In this document: positions 1-8,316 of the stretch, piece after piece
How the letters are laid out: every line of letters starts with the position of its first letter
How positions within the stretch are numbered: the stretch's first letter is position 1
IMG/VR virus record: IMGVR_UViG_3300043178_000054
Location: 1 to 43,736 of that record
DNA length: 43,736 nt
Direction: 5' to 3' (one strand)
From: a virus
Made by a program: the position numbers and the translations under genes
The notes under the pieces: generated by a model
What the model saw: only the letters and a program-made list of their open reading frames with translations
Database searches by the model: none
Told to the model about the DNA's origin: nothing

Positions 1-127
1 GACCGAGGCCGCGGAGTGCATCCGAGGTCTCCGACGCCAGATCTCGATAGTCCTTGTAGGTCTCCCGAAGGAACTTCGGAAGGTTCAACCTGGCTGAAGA
101 TGCCATTCCTCCTCCTCCTCCTCCCCC
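1..127. repeat. Terminal direct overlap: 1-127 is identical to 43610-43736 (circular closure or assembler k-mer overlap); non-redundant unit 43,609 bp
   Basis: Both ends compared base by base (gaccgaggccgcggagtgcatcc ... cctcctcctcctccccc). The 43,609 offset preserves the reading frame of the junction gene. Confidence 0.95.
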
Positions 128-784
128 TCCTCCCCCTCCACCGGCAGATCCACCACCACCACCACCACCACCACCACCCCGACGACCACCACCGCTGCCG
201 AAGAGTTCGTAGACTCCCTGGCCCAGCCGTGCCAGCTGGTCGATCATGTCTCTTGCAGGGTCCCGTGTGGTGAAGATGCCCTGTCCACCAAGGTCCACAG
301 TGGTCATTCCACCTGTGTTCAGCATACCACGCTGAAACTCGTCGTACTGCGAGGGGCCGTACAGATACCTGAGTGCGTCGACTCCGGCATAGTTAGCTGG
401 AATCCAGTCCCCTTGAGAGTTGCGACTGACAACGGGTAGGTTGAGACTCCAGTTGCCTACAGCAGGTCCGCTCCAAGCCTCACTCAGGAAGCCGATCGGA
501 GACTCCTCGAACCCGGAACCGGGGATTGCCAGCCCACCCAACCAGTTGCCAAGAGCGGCAGCGCTGTTTGCAGCTAACATCTCTCCAAGGAATGCTCGCT
601 CTTCCTCTGTAAGCGCCGCTCCTGGGTTCTCGGCAAGCCTGCGCACAAGCTCCTCGTACCGTAGGACGTTTGCCCACTGCTCTGCCGTGTAGGTAGCAGA
701 TCCAAGACCCGATCCAGGGTACCGAACGCGAACACGCCCATCAGGCAGTGTCGTAATCTGTGCCGGGTAGTGTCGGACGCGCAT
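1..784 (-). CDS. Junction-spanning virion-module protein, 5' part (N-terminal domain plus poly-Gly linker); continues in 42870-43736. Full gene 1524 nt, 507 aa.
   Basis: ATG at 784. It is absent from the ORF track because there is no stop before the window edge. Hand translation MRVRHYPAQITTLPDGRVRVRYPGSG...YELFGSGGGRRGGGGGGGGGGSAGGGGGGGGGGGG runs without a stop into MASSARLN (ATG at 106 = 43715; 784-106 = 678, in frame). Confidence 0.75.
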   Translation of the reverse strand, partial: MRVRHYPAQITTLPDGRVRVRYPGSGLGSATYTAEQWANVLRYEELVRRLAENPGAALTEEERAFLGEMLAANSAAALGNWLGGLAIPGSGFEESPIGFLSEAWSGPAVGNWSLNLPVVSRNSQGDWIPANYAGVDALRYLYGPSQYDEFQRGMLNTGGMTTVDLGGQGIFTTRDPARDMIDQLARLGQGVYELFGSGGGRRGGGGGGGGGGSAGGGGGGGGGGGGMASSARLNLPKFLRETYKDYRDLASETSDALRGLG

Positions 785-793
785 CGTCGTTAC

Positions 794-1138
794 CTACGGG
801 AAGATAACGTAGTGGAAGGTTCGATCCGTCAGTGTCGACGCCGTGTGGTTCAGCGTGATAGAGCCAGCAGCTACGGTAGCGTAGGTGGTCGCCAGGGCGG
901 CTGCTCCGTTAGCCGTTGCCGCAGTCAACGCAATCCTGGAATCCACCCCAATCCTTTCATCCGAGATCACTGTCGTTGTCGCCGGAGTGACGGCCAGGGA
1001 GATGCTGCCTGCAATCGGCAGAAGGTGATTGTTGACGATGAACTTGAACCGATCCAGCTCCTGAATGAGACGTGCTGCCCATTCCTTCCACCCCAACATC
1101 GTGGGGTTGGGCCACTGAATCGGAATCAAGCCGTGCAT
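794..1138 (-). CDS. Hypothetical virion-module protein (114 aa)
   Basis: ATG 1138 overlaps the upstream stop by 1 nt (TGATG). Coding-like composition. Lies in the tail/virion gene run. Confidence 0.6.
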   Translation of the reverse strand: MHGLIPIQWPNPTMLGWKEWAARLIQELDRFKFIVNNHLLPIAGSISLAVTPATTTVISDERIGVDSRIALTAATANGAAALATTYATVAAGSITLNHTASTLTDRTFHYVIFP

Positions 1139-1515
1139 CAGTAGACTCTCCGGCTTGTCGGCTCACCCCACACGTCCAAACCGGTGATCATCCAGCGAGA
1201 ATCAGCATTCTCGTCCAGAATCTTGAACTTGTAGAACCGGTAGGAGCCAGTCCGCAGCGTTGCAACTTCATCTCCTGTGAGATTCTTGCTTGCAACGAGC
1301 GTTCCGACGTCCTTTCTGTTGTTCTTGGCGTAGATCTCCACCTTGAAAGTGCCTTCAGAGGCCTCCAGGGAGAGCCGACGGAGCAGCTGCTTGACGTCAT
1401 GTACGCCAATCCAGTCAGTCTCCAGGGAGATCTTCCCAACATCGGAGGCATTCCCCACGGAATACTTCGTTCCGTCCGCCCTGGTAACGACAATCGTGGT
1501 GACTCCGCTAGCCAA
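1138..1515 (-). CDS. Hypothetical virion-module protein (about 125 aa, start uncertain)
   Basis: Same frame as track ORF 1138-1758. The first 80 or so codons of that ORF are an Arg/Ser-rich shadow overlapping the upstream gene. A TTG at 1515 sits next to the upstream TAG (1508-1510). Plausible protein from LASGVTTIVVTRADGTKYSV onward. Confidence 0.5.
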   Translation of the reverse strand: MASGVTTIVVTRADGTKYSVGNASDVGKISLETDWIGVHDVKQLLRRLSLEASEGTFKVEIYAKNNRKDVGTLVASKNLTGDEVATLRTGSYRFYKFKILDENADSRWMITGLDVWGEPTSRRVY

Positions 1516-2833
1516 CGCCGGAGATATCCCCACCGTAGCCGCCGGCACCGTAGCCGCCCTCTCCGTAGCCGAGCCCCAAAGTGTAGGCAGCCGTAAAAGA
1601 CAGCGGATCGAGGCTCGGAGCCGCTGGCGTGTCCTGGAAAGACTGCCTCCACACGTTCCCGAGCAAGTCCCCCATGACCGGGAAGGTAAACGCCTCCGGA
1701 ACCGCTGCTGCAGAGCGGACGTACCCAGGCTGGTGGAACGTATTCTGGGAGTAGTCATAGCCGATGGCAGCAGAGACCTCCAGAGAGCCGTCTGCAGGGA
1801 AGAACCAGATCACCCTGTCCATCGTCGGATCGTGCCCTACTACCACCTTGGAGCTCTGATCCAAGTTCAGCCGCGTGAGGTACCAATCCCGCACTCTTGG
1901 ATGATCCAGGTATTGATACTCCGTACCATCGGTCCGCCAGAGGCCCTTTGGACCAGCCCCGTAAAGGACGCGCCCTACGGGCACCACGCTGGACTCTCCG
2001 AATGCCCCGATTCCCTGGAGCGTTCGCACCGTTCCAAACCAGAACGGGTCGCCCAGATACTGCACCAGGTGGCAGGTGTTCAGGCTGAAGGCGGCGGCTC
2101 CATCGAGGAATGGCTTCGCTGCCAGGATTGGCGCTGGGGCATCCTTGATGATGTTGGAACCAGCGGCGTTGTCTGCTGCCGGAAGCCACACAGCCAGGTT
2201 GTTGTCGTCACACCACCAGTAGGTCTGCTCTCCATCCGAGATCTCGTTGTCGGCGGTAGCAGTCGGATGGACGTGGTGGGTGAAGGCGAGCATGTGAGAC
2301 TTGGCGCGAACCAGAAGCGTCGGCTTGAACGCCACCGCAGCCGCGACATGCTCTGCTGGCTTCTTATACGACCCGCCGAAGACATTTGCATGTCCGAGTG
2401 GATGGAAGGTGCTGTTTCCTGGCTTGAACGCACGAAGTTCATCAACCCCGTTGGCAGCCACCATCCACTCGCCCCAGGCCTGCATGGACCAGCGTGTTGC
2501 CAGTCTCTCATTCGTCTGGTTGGCGATGCCCGCATACGCCGTATCCGAGACATCCGTGGTCGTAGGGCTGGCGTAGAGGTCCCCTCGAAAGAGCTTGTCC
2601 CGCTGTCCCCAGAAGAGGATCGGCCGACCACCTCTCTCTGCCTGACCAAAGCCCGTAATCGGCTTGGTGTCCAGTTTTGGGAAGAGTGAAACCTGGCCAG
2701 GCTCCGGCCGAACTGCCTTCTCCCTGAAAATGACGTTGGAGCCCTGTAGCCACGCAACAACTGCGGTGTTCCGCTGCGCAGGTGAAACGCCTTGCGAAAC
2801 ACCTTCAGCGTCGACGTGGATGAGCTTCTTCAT
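1508..2833 (-). CDS. Putative tail/virion structural protein (441 aa)
   Basis: ATG 2833 (MKKLIHVDAEG) overlaps the stop of the fibre-like gene (TGATG). Gly/Tyr-rich C-terminus GYGEGGYGAGGYGG. No family recognised by eye; the call rests on position only. Confidence 0.55.
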   Translation of the reverse strand: MKKLIHVDAEGVSQGVSPAQRNTAVVAWLQGSNVIFREKAVRPEPGQVSLFPKLDTKPITGFGQAERGGRPILFWGQRDKLFRGDLYASPTTTDVSDTAYAGIANQTNERLATRWSMQAWGEWMVAANGVDELRAFKPGNSTFHPLGHANVFGGSYKKPAEHVAAAVAFKPTLLVRAKSHMLAFTHHVHPTATADNEISDGEQTYWWCDDNNLAVWLPAADNAAGSNIIKDAPAPILAAKPFLDGAAAFSLNTCHLVQYLGDPFWFGTVRTLQGIGAFGESSVVPVGRVLYGAGPKGLWRTDGTEYQYLDHPRVRDWYLTRLNLDQSSKVVVGHDPTMDRVIWFFPADGSLEVSAAIGYDYSQNTFHQPGYVRSAAAVPEAFTFPVMGDLLGNVWRQSFQDTPAAPSLDPLSFTAAYTLGLGYGEGGYGAGGYGGDISGVG

Positions 2834-4149
2834 CAGTCGTACCACTCCGCGTCGGCGTAGCCGTGGGCACCGAGCTGGTGCGTTCCAACATCGTCTCCGG
2901 TGAAGATTGCTCCAGATTCACCAGCGGCGAATACAGCACCAGGCCTATCCACCGCAGCGTCCAGGTCTCTCCAGGAGTTCGTCGCCCCCGACGAGGGATT
3001 ATACATGGTAACTGTTGGCGTCCCTCGCATCCTCCGATTGAAGTGCCAGGTCGTCACAGCCTCACCACCAGTCATCATGGCAGTCACTGCTCCCGAGAAT
3101 CCACCTGCCGTCGACCCAGGAGCATTTTCGTAGTTGTAGCTTTTCTGGCAGAACTCCTCACACCGCTGGAGCTCTTCCTGAAAACGATCGCACTGGAGAA
3201 CCGACGAGATGTCCTCAAAAGCGATCCAGAAGTCCGTAACGCAGAACTTGATCGTTGCTGCGTTCATAGCCTTGAGATCGACGTAGACCTCGATCCCATT
3301 CTGCCCATCTGTCAGCGCACCCAAGTCAAACGTCTTGGTGTAGGAGACGGAATCCCCAGCTCCCAGGGGTGCGGCAAATGCGTAGGTGTCCCGCAGCGTC
3401 ATGTTCGCTGCGGCGAACTTCGTTCCTACGCTGTCCGCCCCAGTGTGATTGGTCGTGCGGACCACGAAATCTGGCGTAATCAAGCCGGTCGTTCCGAAGT
3501 GCTTCACCTTCACGCCGAAGGTGATGTTCTTGCTTGCGAGGAGGGCGCCCATCCGACGGCACCACTCCCGACCGAACCGGCTGCCAACCCGCACGTTGGT
3601 AATGCCGGCAGCGCCAGTAAGCTCCAACCCAAGAGGGCTCACCGCTCCATTTGGGAGGTTCCCTCCCCCACGCGCCCAGGACACCGTACCACCGATCGGC
3701 ATGATGAAGATGCGATCCAGCACGAAAACGTCCAGGCCTGCTGCCACCGTTCCAGAGGCGCTTTCACTTGGATTCCGCTGGGAGATCAGACAGCTCCCAT
3801 TCACGAACGCATTCTGGAAGGCGTACTTCCGCGCCAGGTCCATTGCCGTGATGGCAGCTTGCACCGTGGCATAGGCCCCAGAGGCCACTACCTGGGAGGC
3901 ATCCATCTCCTGCAAGACCCAGCCAGTGTTCGTGTTCAGCGTTCCATTGAACCGATAGACCTGCTTGGTGTCGGTCCTGAAGAAGTGCTGACCCTTGAAC
4001 CGGCCGATGACCGACCCCTCGGGAGTGGCTACTCCAGAGAGTGTGAGTCGTGTGTTAGCCTCATCAAAGCCAGCGTCCAGACCCGTATGCCAGCTCGCAT
4101 CCTGGTACGCCTGCTTGTTCAGACCAATGGGAAGCGTTGTGATAGCCAC
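2833..4149 (-). CDS. Tail fibre / receptor-binding protein candidate (438 aa)
   Basis: GTG 4149 with GGAGAC 4 nt upstream, 1 nt after the upstream TGA. G/T/A/N-rich fibre-like composition. No signal peptide. Lies in the tail gene run. Confidence 0.5.
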   Translation of the reverse strand: MAITTLPIGLNKQAYQDASWHTGLDAGFDEANTRLTLSGVATPEGSVIGRFKGQHFFRTDTKQVYRFNGTLNTNTGWVLQEMDASQVVASGAYATVQAAITAMDLARKYAFQNAFVNGSCLISQRNPSESASGTVAAGLDVFVLDRIFIMPIGGTVSWARGGGNLPNGAVSPLGLELTGAAGITNVRVGSRFGREWCRRMGALLASKNITFGVKVKHFGTTGLITPDFVVRTTNHTGADSVGTKFAAANMTLRDTYAFAAPLGAGDSVSYTKTFDLGALTDGQNGIEVYVDLKAMNAATIKFCVTDFWIAFEDISSVLQCDRFQEELQRCEEFCQKSYNYENAPGSTAGGFSGAVTAMMTGGEAVTTWHFNRRMRGTPTVTMYNPSSGATNSWRDLDAAVDRPGAVFAAGESGAIFTGDDVGTHQLGAHGYADAEWYD

Positions 4150-4150
4150 A

Positions 4151-4591
4151 TCAGTCTCCGAAGGTCAGTGCCCAGGTGACTGCAGCAGTACCGCCAGTCT
4201 CCAAAGTGAACTCGCTTGGAAGGAAGCGCGCAAACATCGTACCACCCACACCCGCGTTGAAGAGGCCCATCTCTTTGACGAGCTGCGCAGAGGCGCCACC
4301 TATTAGCGTAGCACTGTAGGTAAGCACGTTGTTGGCACGAGAAACGGAGAGGGCCGCGCGAGCGATCACACCGGACTCAGCAATCAGGGCGGTCTGCCCA
4401 GCTGCCGGCACCGTAGCATCCGTCCCTGCCGCCAGATGTGACGGAGCCGCGGTGCTCCCGTTGTTGGTCCTCACGATCTCCGCGATCGTGTTGAGACCTG
4501 TCGTTACGACAAGGTTACTCCCCCGAATAACCCGCACGAGACGACCAGTTGCGTCTCGAACGACAACCCTCACGCGGCCCTGGATCTTCAC
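4151..4591 (-). CDS. Hypothetical virion-module protein (146 aa)
   Basis: GTG 4591 overlaps the upstream stop (GTGA). The first 90 codons of track ORF 4151-4861 are a Gly/Arg shadow. Plausible protein from VKIQGRVRVVVRDATGRLV onward. Confidence 0.55.
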   Translation of the reverse strand: MKIQGRVRVVVRDATGRLVRVIRGSNLVVTTGLNTIAEIVRTNNGSTAAPSHLAAGTDATVPAAGQTALIAESGVIARAALSVSRANNVLTYSATLIGGASAQLVKEMGLFNAGVGGTMFARFLPSEFTLETGGTAAVTWALTFGD

Positions 4592-4854
4592 GGAGCTGGA
4601 GCCTTCACCGGCGCCGCTGCCGCCTTCCTCGCCAGAACCTTGTCCCGCTCCTGGGCGTTCTGCACGATCTCGGCCTCGACCTCCGCCAGTTCCTCTGCTG
4701 TTGGGCCGCGCCCCTCCGCGATCATGCGCTGGACGTTCTCCCGAGTCCGCTTGACGCGACCTCGAATCTCCGGAGAGGCGGAGAGGGCTGCGAACACCGT
4801 CTCCAGCGCCCGGAGGACGTACCCCAGGATCATCGCGATTGCCGCTGCCTTCAT
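4588..4854 (-). CDS. Small membrane protein, N-terminal TM plus coiled coil (i-spanin/holin-like lysis accessory candidate, 88 aa)
   Basis: ATG 4854 overlaps the upstream stop (ATGA). MKAAAIAMILGYVLRALETVFAAL hydrophobic segment followed by a charged helical region. Adjacent to the endolysin cassette. Confidence 0.55.
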   Translation of the reverse strand: MKAAAIAMILGYVLRALETVFAALSASPEIRGRVKRTRENVQRMIAEGRGPTAEELAEVEAEIVQNAQERDKVLARKAAAAPVKAPAP

Positions 4855-5381
4855 TGTCCATTCTCCGCCAGGATGCGATTCACGATCTCCACAGCCTTGA
4901 GGAGAAACGCTGTCGCAAGTTCGTAGCGTCCGGGTGAGGGTCCGGCCAGAGCTTCGATGCTCCGCACCTCTGCCTCCGTTCGGTCCATGATCTCGTCCAC
5001 CTGTGCACATTCCAAAACTGGTGTGGAAGGCTGCGCGCACCAAGCGTTGACGAGATCGCCCAGTGAAGCGTAGTTCGCCTTGGCGACGTAGTACCGCTGA
5101 GCGGGAGTCTGAGCTCCTGCGCAGGCGAGCATCAACGCCACCAACGTCCCACCGAGCAGCTTGTAGAGCCGCGGCAGCTTTCCAGCCGGAATGGTGTCCA
5201 ACACCAGCGCCCTGACGAGATCGAGCACGAAACTGAACACGCCACCGATGAGAACGACGAGGGCGAGCTCTACTTGCGCGATCTGATCAGTGCCTGCACC
5301 CAGCTTGGCGTCGAGCCACTCCGCGAGGAGCGCTGCCACCAGAACCGAGATCACCGTGTTGAGAGCCTGCTGCAAGGCCAT
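4851..5381 (-). CDS. Multi-pass membrane protein (about 3 TM), holin candidate (176 aa)
   Basis: GGGAG RBS 6 nt upstream of ATG 5381. Hydrophobic segments TVISVLVAALLAEWL, VELALVVLIGGVFSFVLDLV and LLGGTLVALMLACAGA. Immediately downstream of the endolysin. Confidence 0.55.
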   Translation of the reverse strand: MALQQALNTVISVLVAALLAEWLDAKLGAGTDQIAQVELALVVLIGGVFSFVLDLVRALVLDTIPAGKLPRLYKLLGGTLVALMLACAGAQTPAQRYYVAKANYASLGDLVNAWCAQPSTPVLECAQVDEIMDRTEAEVRSIEALAGPSPGRYELATAFLLKAVEIVNRILAENGQ

Positions 5382-5384
5382 GGT

Positions 5385-5753
5385 TCACTCCCTCTTTTGG
5401 TATGTCCAGACGGCTGGAGTTGGGAATCCCATTCCCGCTGGCACGACGTCCAGATGCACGAAGGTGTTAGCCACTCCAACACCAGTGAAACCGAGCATGA
5501 AGGCCAGCTTCAGTATGGCGTGCTTCTCCCCAACCGTCAAGGTTCGCACGTCAGCCGCGAAGCCGGTCTGATGCCGCCCCTTCCCTCCCGCCTCCCCATC
5601 GTGCTTGGGACACCGATAGGCCGAGTTGATGTAGACGGGCTTCCCGAGCTCCTCCCGAAGCTCGTCCAGCAGGTTGATCAGCTCCTGCTTCGTCCGGTTC
5701 TCCCCACAGCACTTGCAGGAGAGTTCCTCCTCTGTGAAGTAGTGCCCCCGCAT
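5385..5753 (-). CDS. Peptidase M15 (M15A-type, zinc D-Ala-D-Ala carboxypeptidase/L-Ala-D-Glu endopeptidase-like) endolysin
   Basis: SAYRCPKHDGEAGGKGRHQTGFAADV and FVHLDV match the H-x6-D...H zinc-ligand pattern of Peptidase_M15 phage endolysins. GAGGGA RBS. No signal peptide. Confidence 0.85.
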   Translation of the reverse strand: MRGHYFTEEELSCKCCGENRTKQELINLLDELREELGKPVYINSAYRCPKHDGEAGGKGRHQTGFAADVRTLTVGEKHAILKLAFMLGFTGVGVANTFVHLDVVPAGMGFPTPAVWTYQKRE

Positions 5754-5794
5754 TCTGGCGTCCCTCTCAGCTTGGGCAGCGATAAAGAGCTTGC

Positions 5795-6028
5795 TTACAA
5801 GCCCATCCTCCCACGAACGTTAGCAAGGTCCCTCTCAGCGTCGCTCAAGCGGTCGCCATGGTTGTCCAAGCGACCGTTTACCTTGTCGAGTCGATTGTTC
5901 ACAGCTCTCAACTGTGAATAGCTGACCCCCGCGTGAAACACGATTGCTACCAGCGCTGCAAGCTCAGGCCAGTGCTGTTCCCACCACACGGTCAGCTCCC
6001 CTATTGACAGATCGGCTCCACTTCCCAA
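5795..6028 (-). CDS. Small membrane protein, N-terminal TM plus coiled coil (holin/spanin-like candidate)
   Basis: Track start is TTG 6028. An internal GTG (VWWEQHW) has a better GGGGAG RBS. TM segment WPELAALVAIVFHAGV is followed by the repetitive NNRLDKVNGRLDNHGDRLSDAERDL. Start uncertain. Confidence 0.5.
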   Translation of the reverse strand: MGSGADLSIGELTVWWEQHWPELAALVAIVFHAGVSYSQLRAVNNRLDKVNGRLDNHGDRLSDAERDLANVRGRMGL

Positions 6029-6055
6029 GTCTCGTAGAGAATGCCAAAGCTGAGT

Positions 6056-8026
6056 TCATTCATCATCCACACCAGGCTCGTAGTCGCCAGTCTTGGGAAC
6101 GGAGTCTCCGTAGGCGTCCGTCGGATAGGCCGTCACCACGCCGTCACCAAGGATGTCGGCTGCCGAGGTGCGGTTGATCACGGTGTCCAGGAAGTCGAAG
6201 TTCGCGCCCGTACCAGGCGTCGCCGAGAACGGATTTACGACGACGGAGCGGTTGTCGATGGACTCCGCGAAGTTCGGGAACTGATCGCACAAGCCCACGC
6301 CAAGGTCCACGCAGAGGTTGTTCTTTGCTACGCCGTTTCCAGCACCCAGGTTGGCAATCGTGTGGGTACTGCTCGCAGCAGCGCCGTTGAACACGACGGC
6401 ATTGCCAATGAGGACATAATCGCTGGTGCCAACGAACGCCCCAAGCAGTCGCACAGTGCCGCTGTTTAGGTTCGACTGATCGTTGATGTTCTGCATCACT
6501 CGCAGACGTTCCATGTCCGAGTCTGGCCCCGGATTAGTCAACTCGATGGCGTGGTCCGTCGGGTTTGAGCCAGTGAACGTGAAAACGTTGCGCAGGATGT
6601 CGCCGTCGTAGGTGCGCGACAGTGTGTCGCTGCTGGAACCCGAACCATTGACCTGAAGGACCACTGCGCCAGCTTCCGACGTGTCCTTGAAGTAGCTGCG
6701 CGTGATCGCGAACACGTTCGAGGACGCGTGCTTCGTACACGGCAGCGAGTTCGATCCACATTGCTGCCGCAGCGCCAGAAGGTTCTTCCCCCCAAACGTG
6801 GCCGGCGACTTGTTAGGGAAGTGCATCGCGTCGATGACCATATAACTGTAGTTAGGCAACCGTATCTGGTGCTCGCCGAAATCGGCGGGAGCCCCAGGCT
6901 GCGTACTATCCACTTCCCCACCGACCCATGCACAGTACCGACACGACACATAGAAAGAGTTATTCCCAGAGTTATGCCGGTTGTAGCTAAACTTGACAAA
7001 GTAAAGCTCGTTTACCATTGGGTCGCCAGGGTTGTCGATTTGCGCAGCTGACGCAAGCTCATCCCCTGACGCCTGGGAAACGTTCGAGTCGATGATTAGG
7101 ACACACCCGGTATCTCCGCTTGCCCGCAGTAGTTTTGGTCCTGTTCCACTCCCTGCAAACGTAACATTATCAAGACGGTAGCCTGCACAGGCGGTATTAC
7201 TGGCCGCAATACCAACATCACCAGAAGATGTAGCGGTGAACTTGAGGGTTGCCTTCCCGGTCCCGTAACTGCTGATGTAACAAGAGTGACCGCCAACCTG
7301 GAGGTTGACCGATCCCGTCGTGAAGGTGACCCCACCTTCGAGCAGTACCATGCGCGGGCCGCCCTGCGTCTCGCAGTAGCGGAGCGCCGTTGCGAGCCCG
7401 CCCGAAGCGATGTTCCCACCATTCGTCGCCCCGGCGGGAGCACCTGGATCGTCTGTGCACGTGGCCTCGTCGCAGAACACGACCTTGTTCGTCGTCGGGT
7501 AGGTCGTGTTCCAGTCCTCAACGCACACATTCAGCGTTGCGCTGTCACTCTCGCGCACGCCGCCGACGAGCGCGCTGACGGTGAGTGTCACCCGGTGAAG
7601 AGAGTTCCCCGCGCCGCTACCGCATGTCTCAGTGAAAGTGCTGGGCTTGAAGGCGTGCGCCGCCACCACGCCGATGCTCTTGCCAAGGTCAACCGTAAGC
7701 CCGCCGCGCGAGACGGTGCCGAGCGAGGAGTCGTCCCAGTCCCAGTCGAACCAGACCTCGGGAACCCAGCCGGTGTCGTTGACTGCCGTTCCGCTCACCG
7801 TCGTAGCAGTCGCCCAGGCCATAACGGGCGTTCCGTACTTGATGTTGAGCGTCCCAGCTGAGCTTTCTGTCGAGGAAGCCGTCTGACCGAAAGACCGCGC
7901 ATTGATTACTACGGAAATGTTGGCACTACCACCTCCCCCGCCGCCACCTGCGCTACCTACCGTAACGCCAGAGAAAGTCTGTGCAGAGGCAGAGACAGCA
8001 AGGAGTAGGGCGAGAAGCAGTCTCAT
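6056..8026 (-). CDS. Exported protein 7 (656 aa): Sec-type signal peptide plus probable right-handed beta-helix (depolymerase/tailspike-like) body
   Basis: ATG 8026 forms an ATGA overlap with the upstream stop. MRLLLALLLAVSASA|QTFSG. 14 Cys in the mature part. Long G/N/S/T-rich repetitive segments. The beta-helix assignment is from composition and periodicity only. Confidence 0.6.
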   Translation of the reverse strand: MRLLLALLLAVSASAQTFSGVTVGSAGGGGGGGSANISVVINARSFGQTASSTESSAGTLNIKYGTPVMAWATATTVSGTAVNDTGWVPEVWFDWDWDDSSLGTVSRGGLTVDLGKSIGVVAAHAFKPSTFTETCGSGAGNSLHRVTLTVSALVGGVRESDSATLNVCVEDWNTTYPTTNKVVFCDEATCTDDPGAPAGATNGGNIASGGLATALRYCETQGGPRMVLLEGGVTFTTGSVNLQVGGHSCYISSYGTGKATLKFTATSSGDVGIAASNTACAGYRLDNVTFAGSGTGPKLLRASGDTGCVLIIDSNVSQASGDELASAAQIDNPGDPMVNELYFVKFSYNRHNSGNNSFYVSCRYCAWVGGEVDSTQPGAPADFGEHQIRLPNYSYMVIDAMHFPNKSPATFGGKNLLALRQQCGSNSLPCTKHASSNVFAITRSYFKDTSEAGAVVLQVNGSGSSSDTLSRTYDGDILRNVFTFTGSNPTDHAIELTNPGPDSDMERLRVMQNINDQSNLNSGTVRLLGAFVGTSDYVLIGNAVVFNGAAASSTHTIANLGAGNGVAKNNLCVDLGVGLCDQFPNFAESIDNRSVVVNPFSATPGTGANFDFLDTVINRTSAADILGDGVVTAYPTDAYGDSVPKTGDYEPGVDDE

Positions 8027-8316
8027 GGCCGAATCGTCCTCAGACAAACAGGTTTCGCGATAGGTACGCTAGGTCCACCGCAGGTTCTTGGAGTCGTCGG
8101 GCAGCAGAGTCGCGCCGCGACCTTCGTATCCAGCTCTACACAGTCCCCAACACGCAGCCCACGCGCAACGACCTGCCATGCTTGCGTCACCTCCAGCTCA
8201 AACGGTACGGCACAGACCGCACCGGGCTGGACGTAGACGATGTGCTTCGGTGGAGGCAGGAACCAGCCCATGCTGAGGAGCATCGGCACCGTGAGTACGA
8301 GCAGCCCCTTGCGCAT
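8023..8316 (-). CDS. Exported/membrane-anchored small protein 6 (97 aa)
   Basis: ATG 8316 overlaps the upstream stop (TGATG) and its own stop overlaps the next ATG (ATGA). N-terminus MRKGLLVLTVPMLLSMGW. 6 Cys. Confidence 0.5.
   Translation of the reverse strand: MRKGLLVLTVPMLLSMGWFLPPPKHIVYVQPGAVCAVPFELEVTQAWQVVARGLRVGDCVELDTKVAARLCCPTTPRTCGGPSVPIAKPVCLRTIRP

Noticed and set aside
1-127. Biological direct terminal repeat of the virion DNA
   Set aside because: The overlap is exactly 127 bp, a common maximum assembler k-mer, and it falls inside a coding sequence. It is more likely a circular-assembly artefact. The true termini cannot be inferred from this sequence.
16-273. Plus-strand ORF with a striking poly-His run (HHHHHHHHH)
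   Set aside because: It is the antisense reading of the (GGN)n poly-Gly tract of the junction-spanning minus-strand gene. It starts at a GTG, has no RBS and has a shadow-type composition.
4851-5381. Embedded o-spanin lipoprotein in the 176-aa membrane protein (LVALMLAC|AGAQ)
   Set aside because: The lipobox is imperfect (M at -3, L at -2), and there is no in-frame start that would give a proper signal peptide. It is treated as the third TM segment of one protein.
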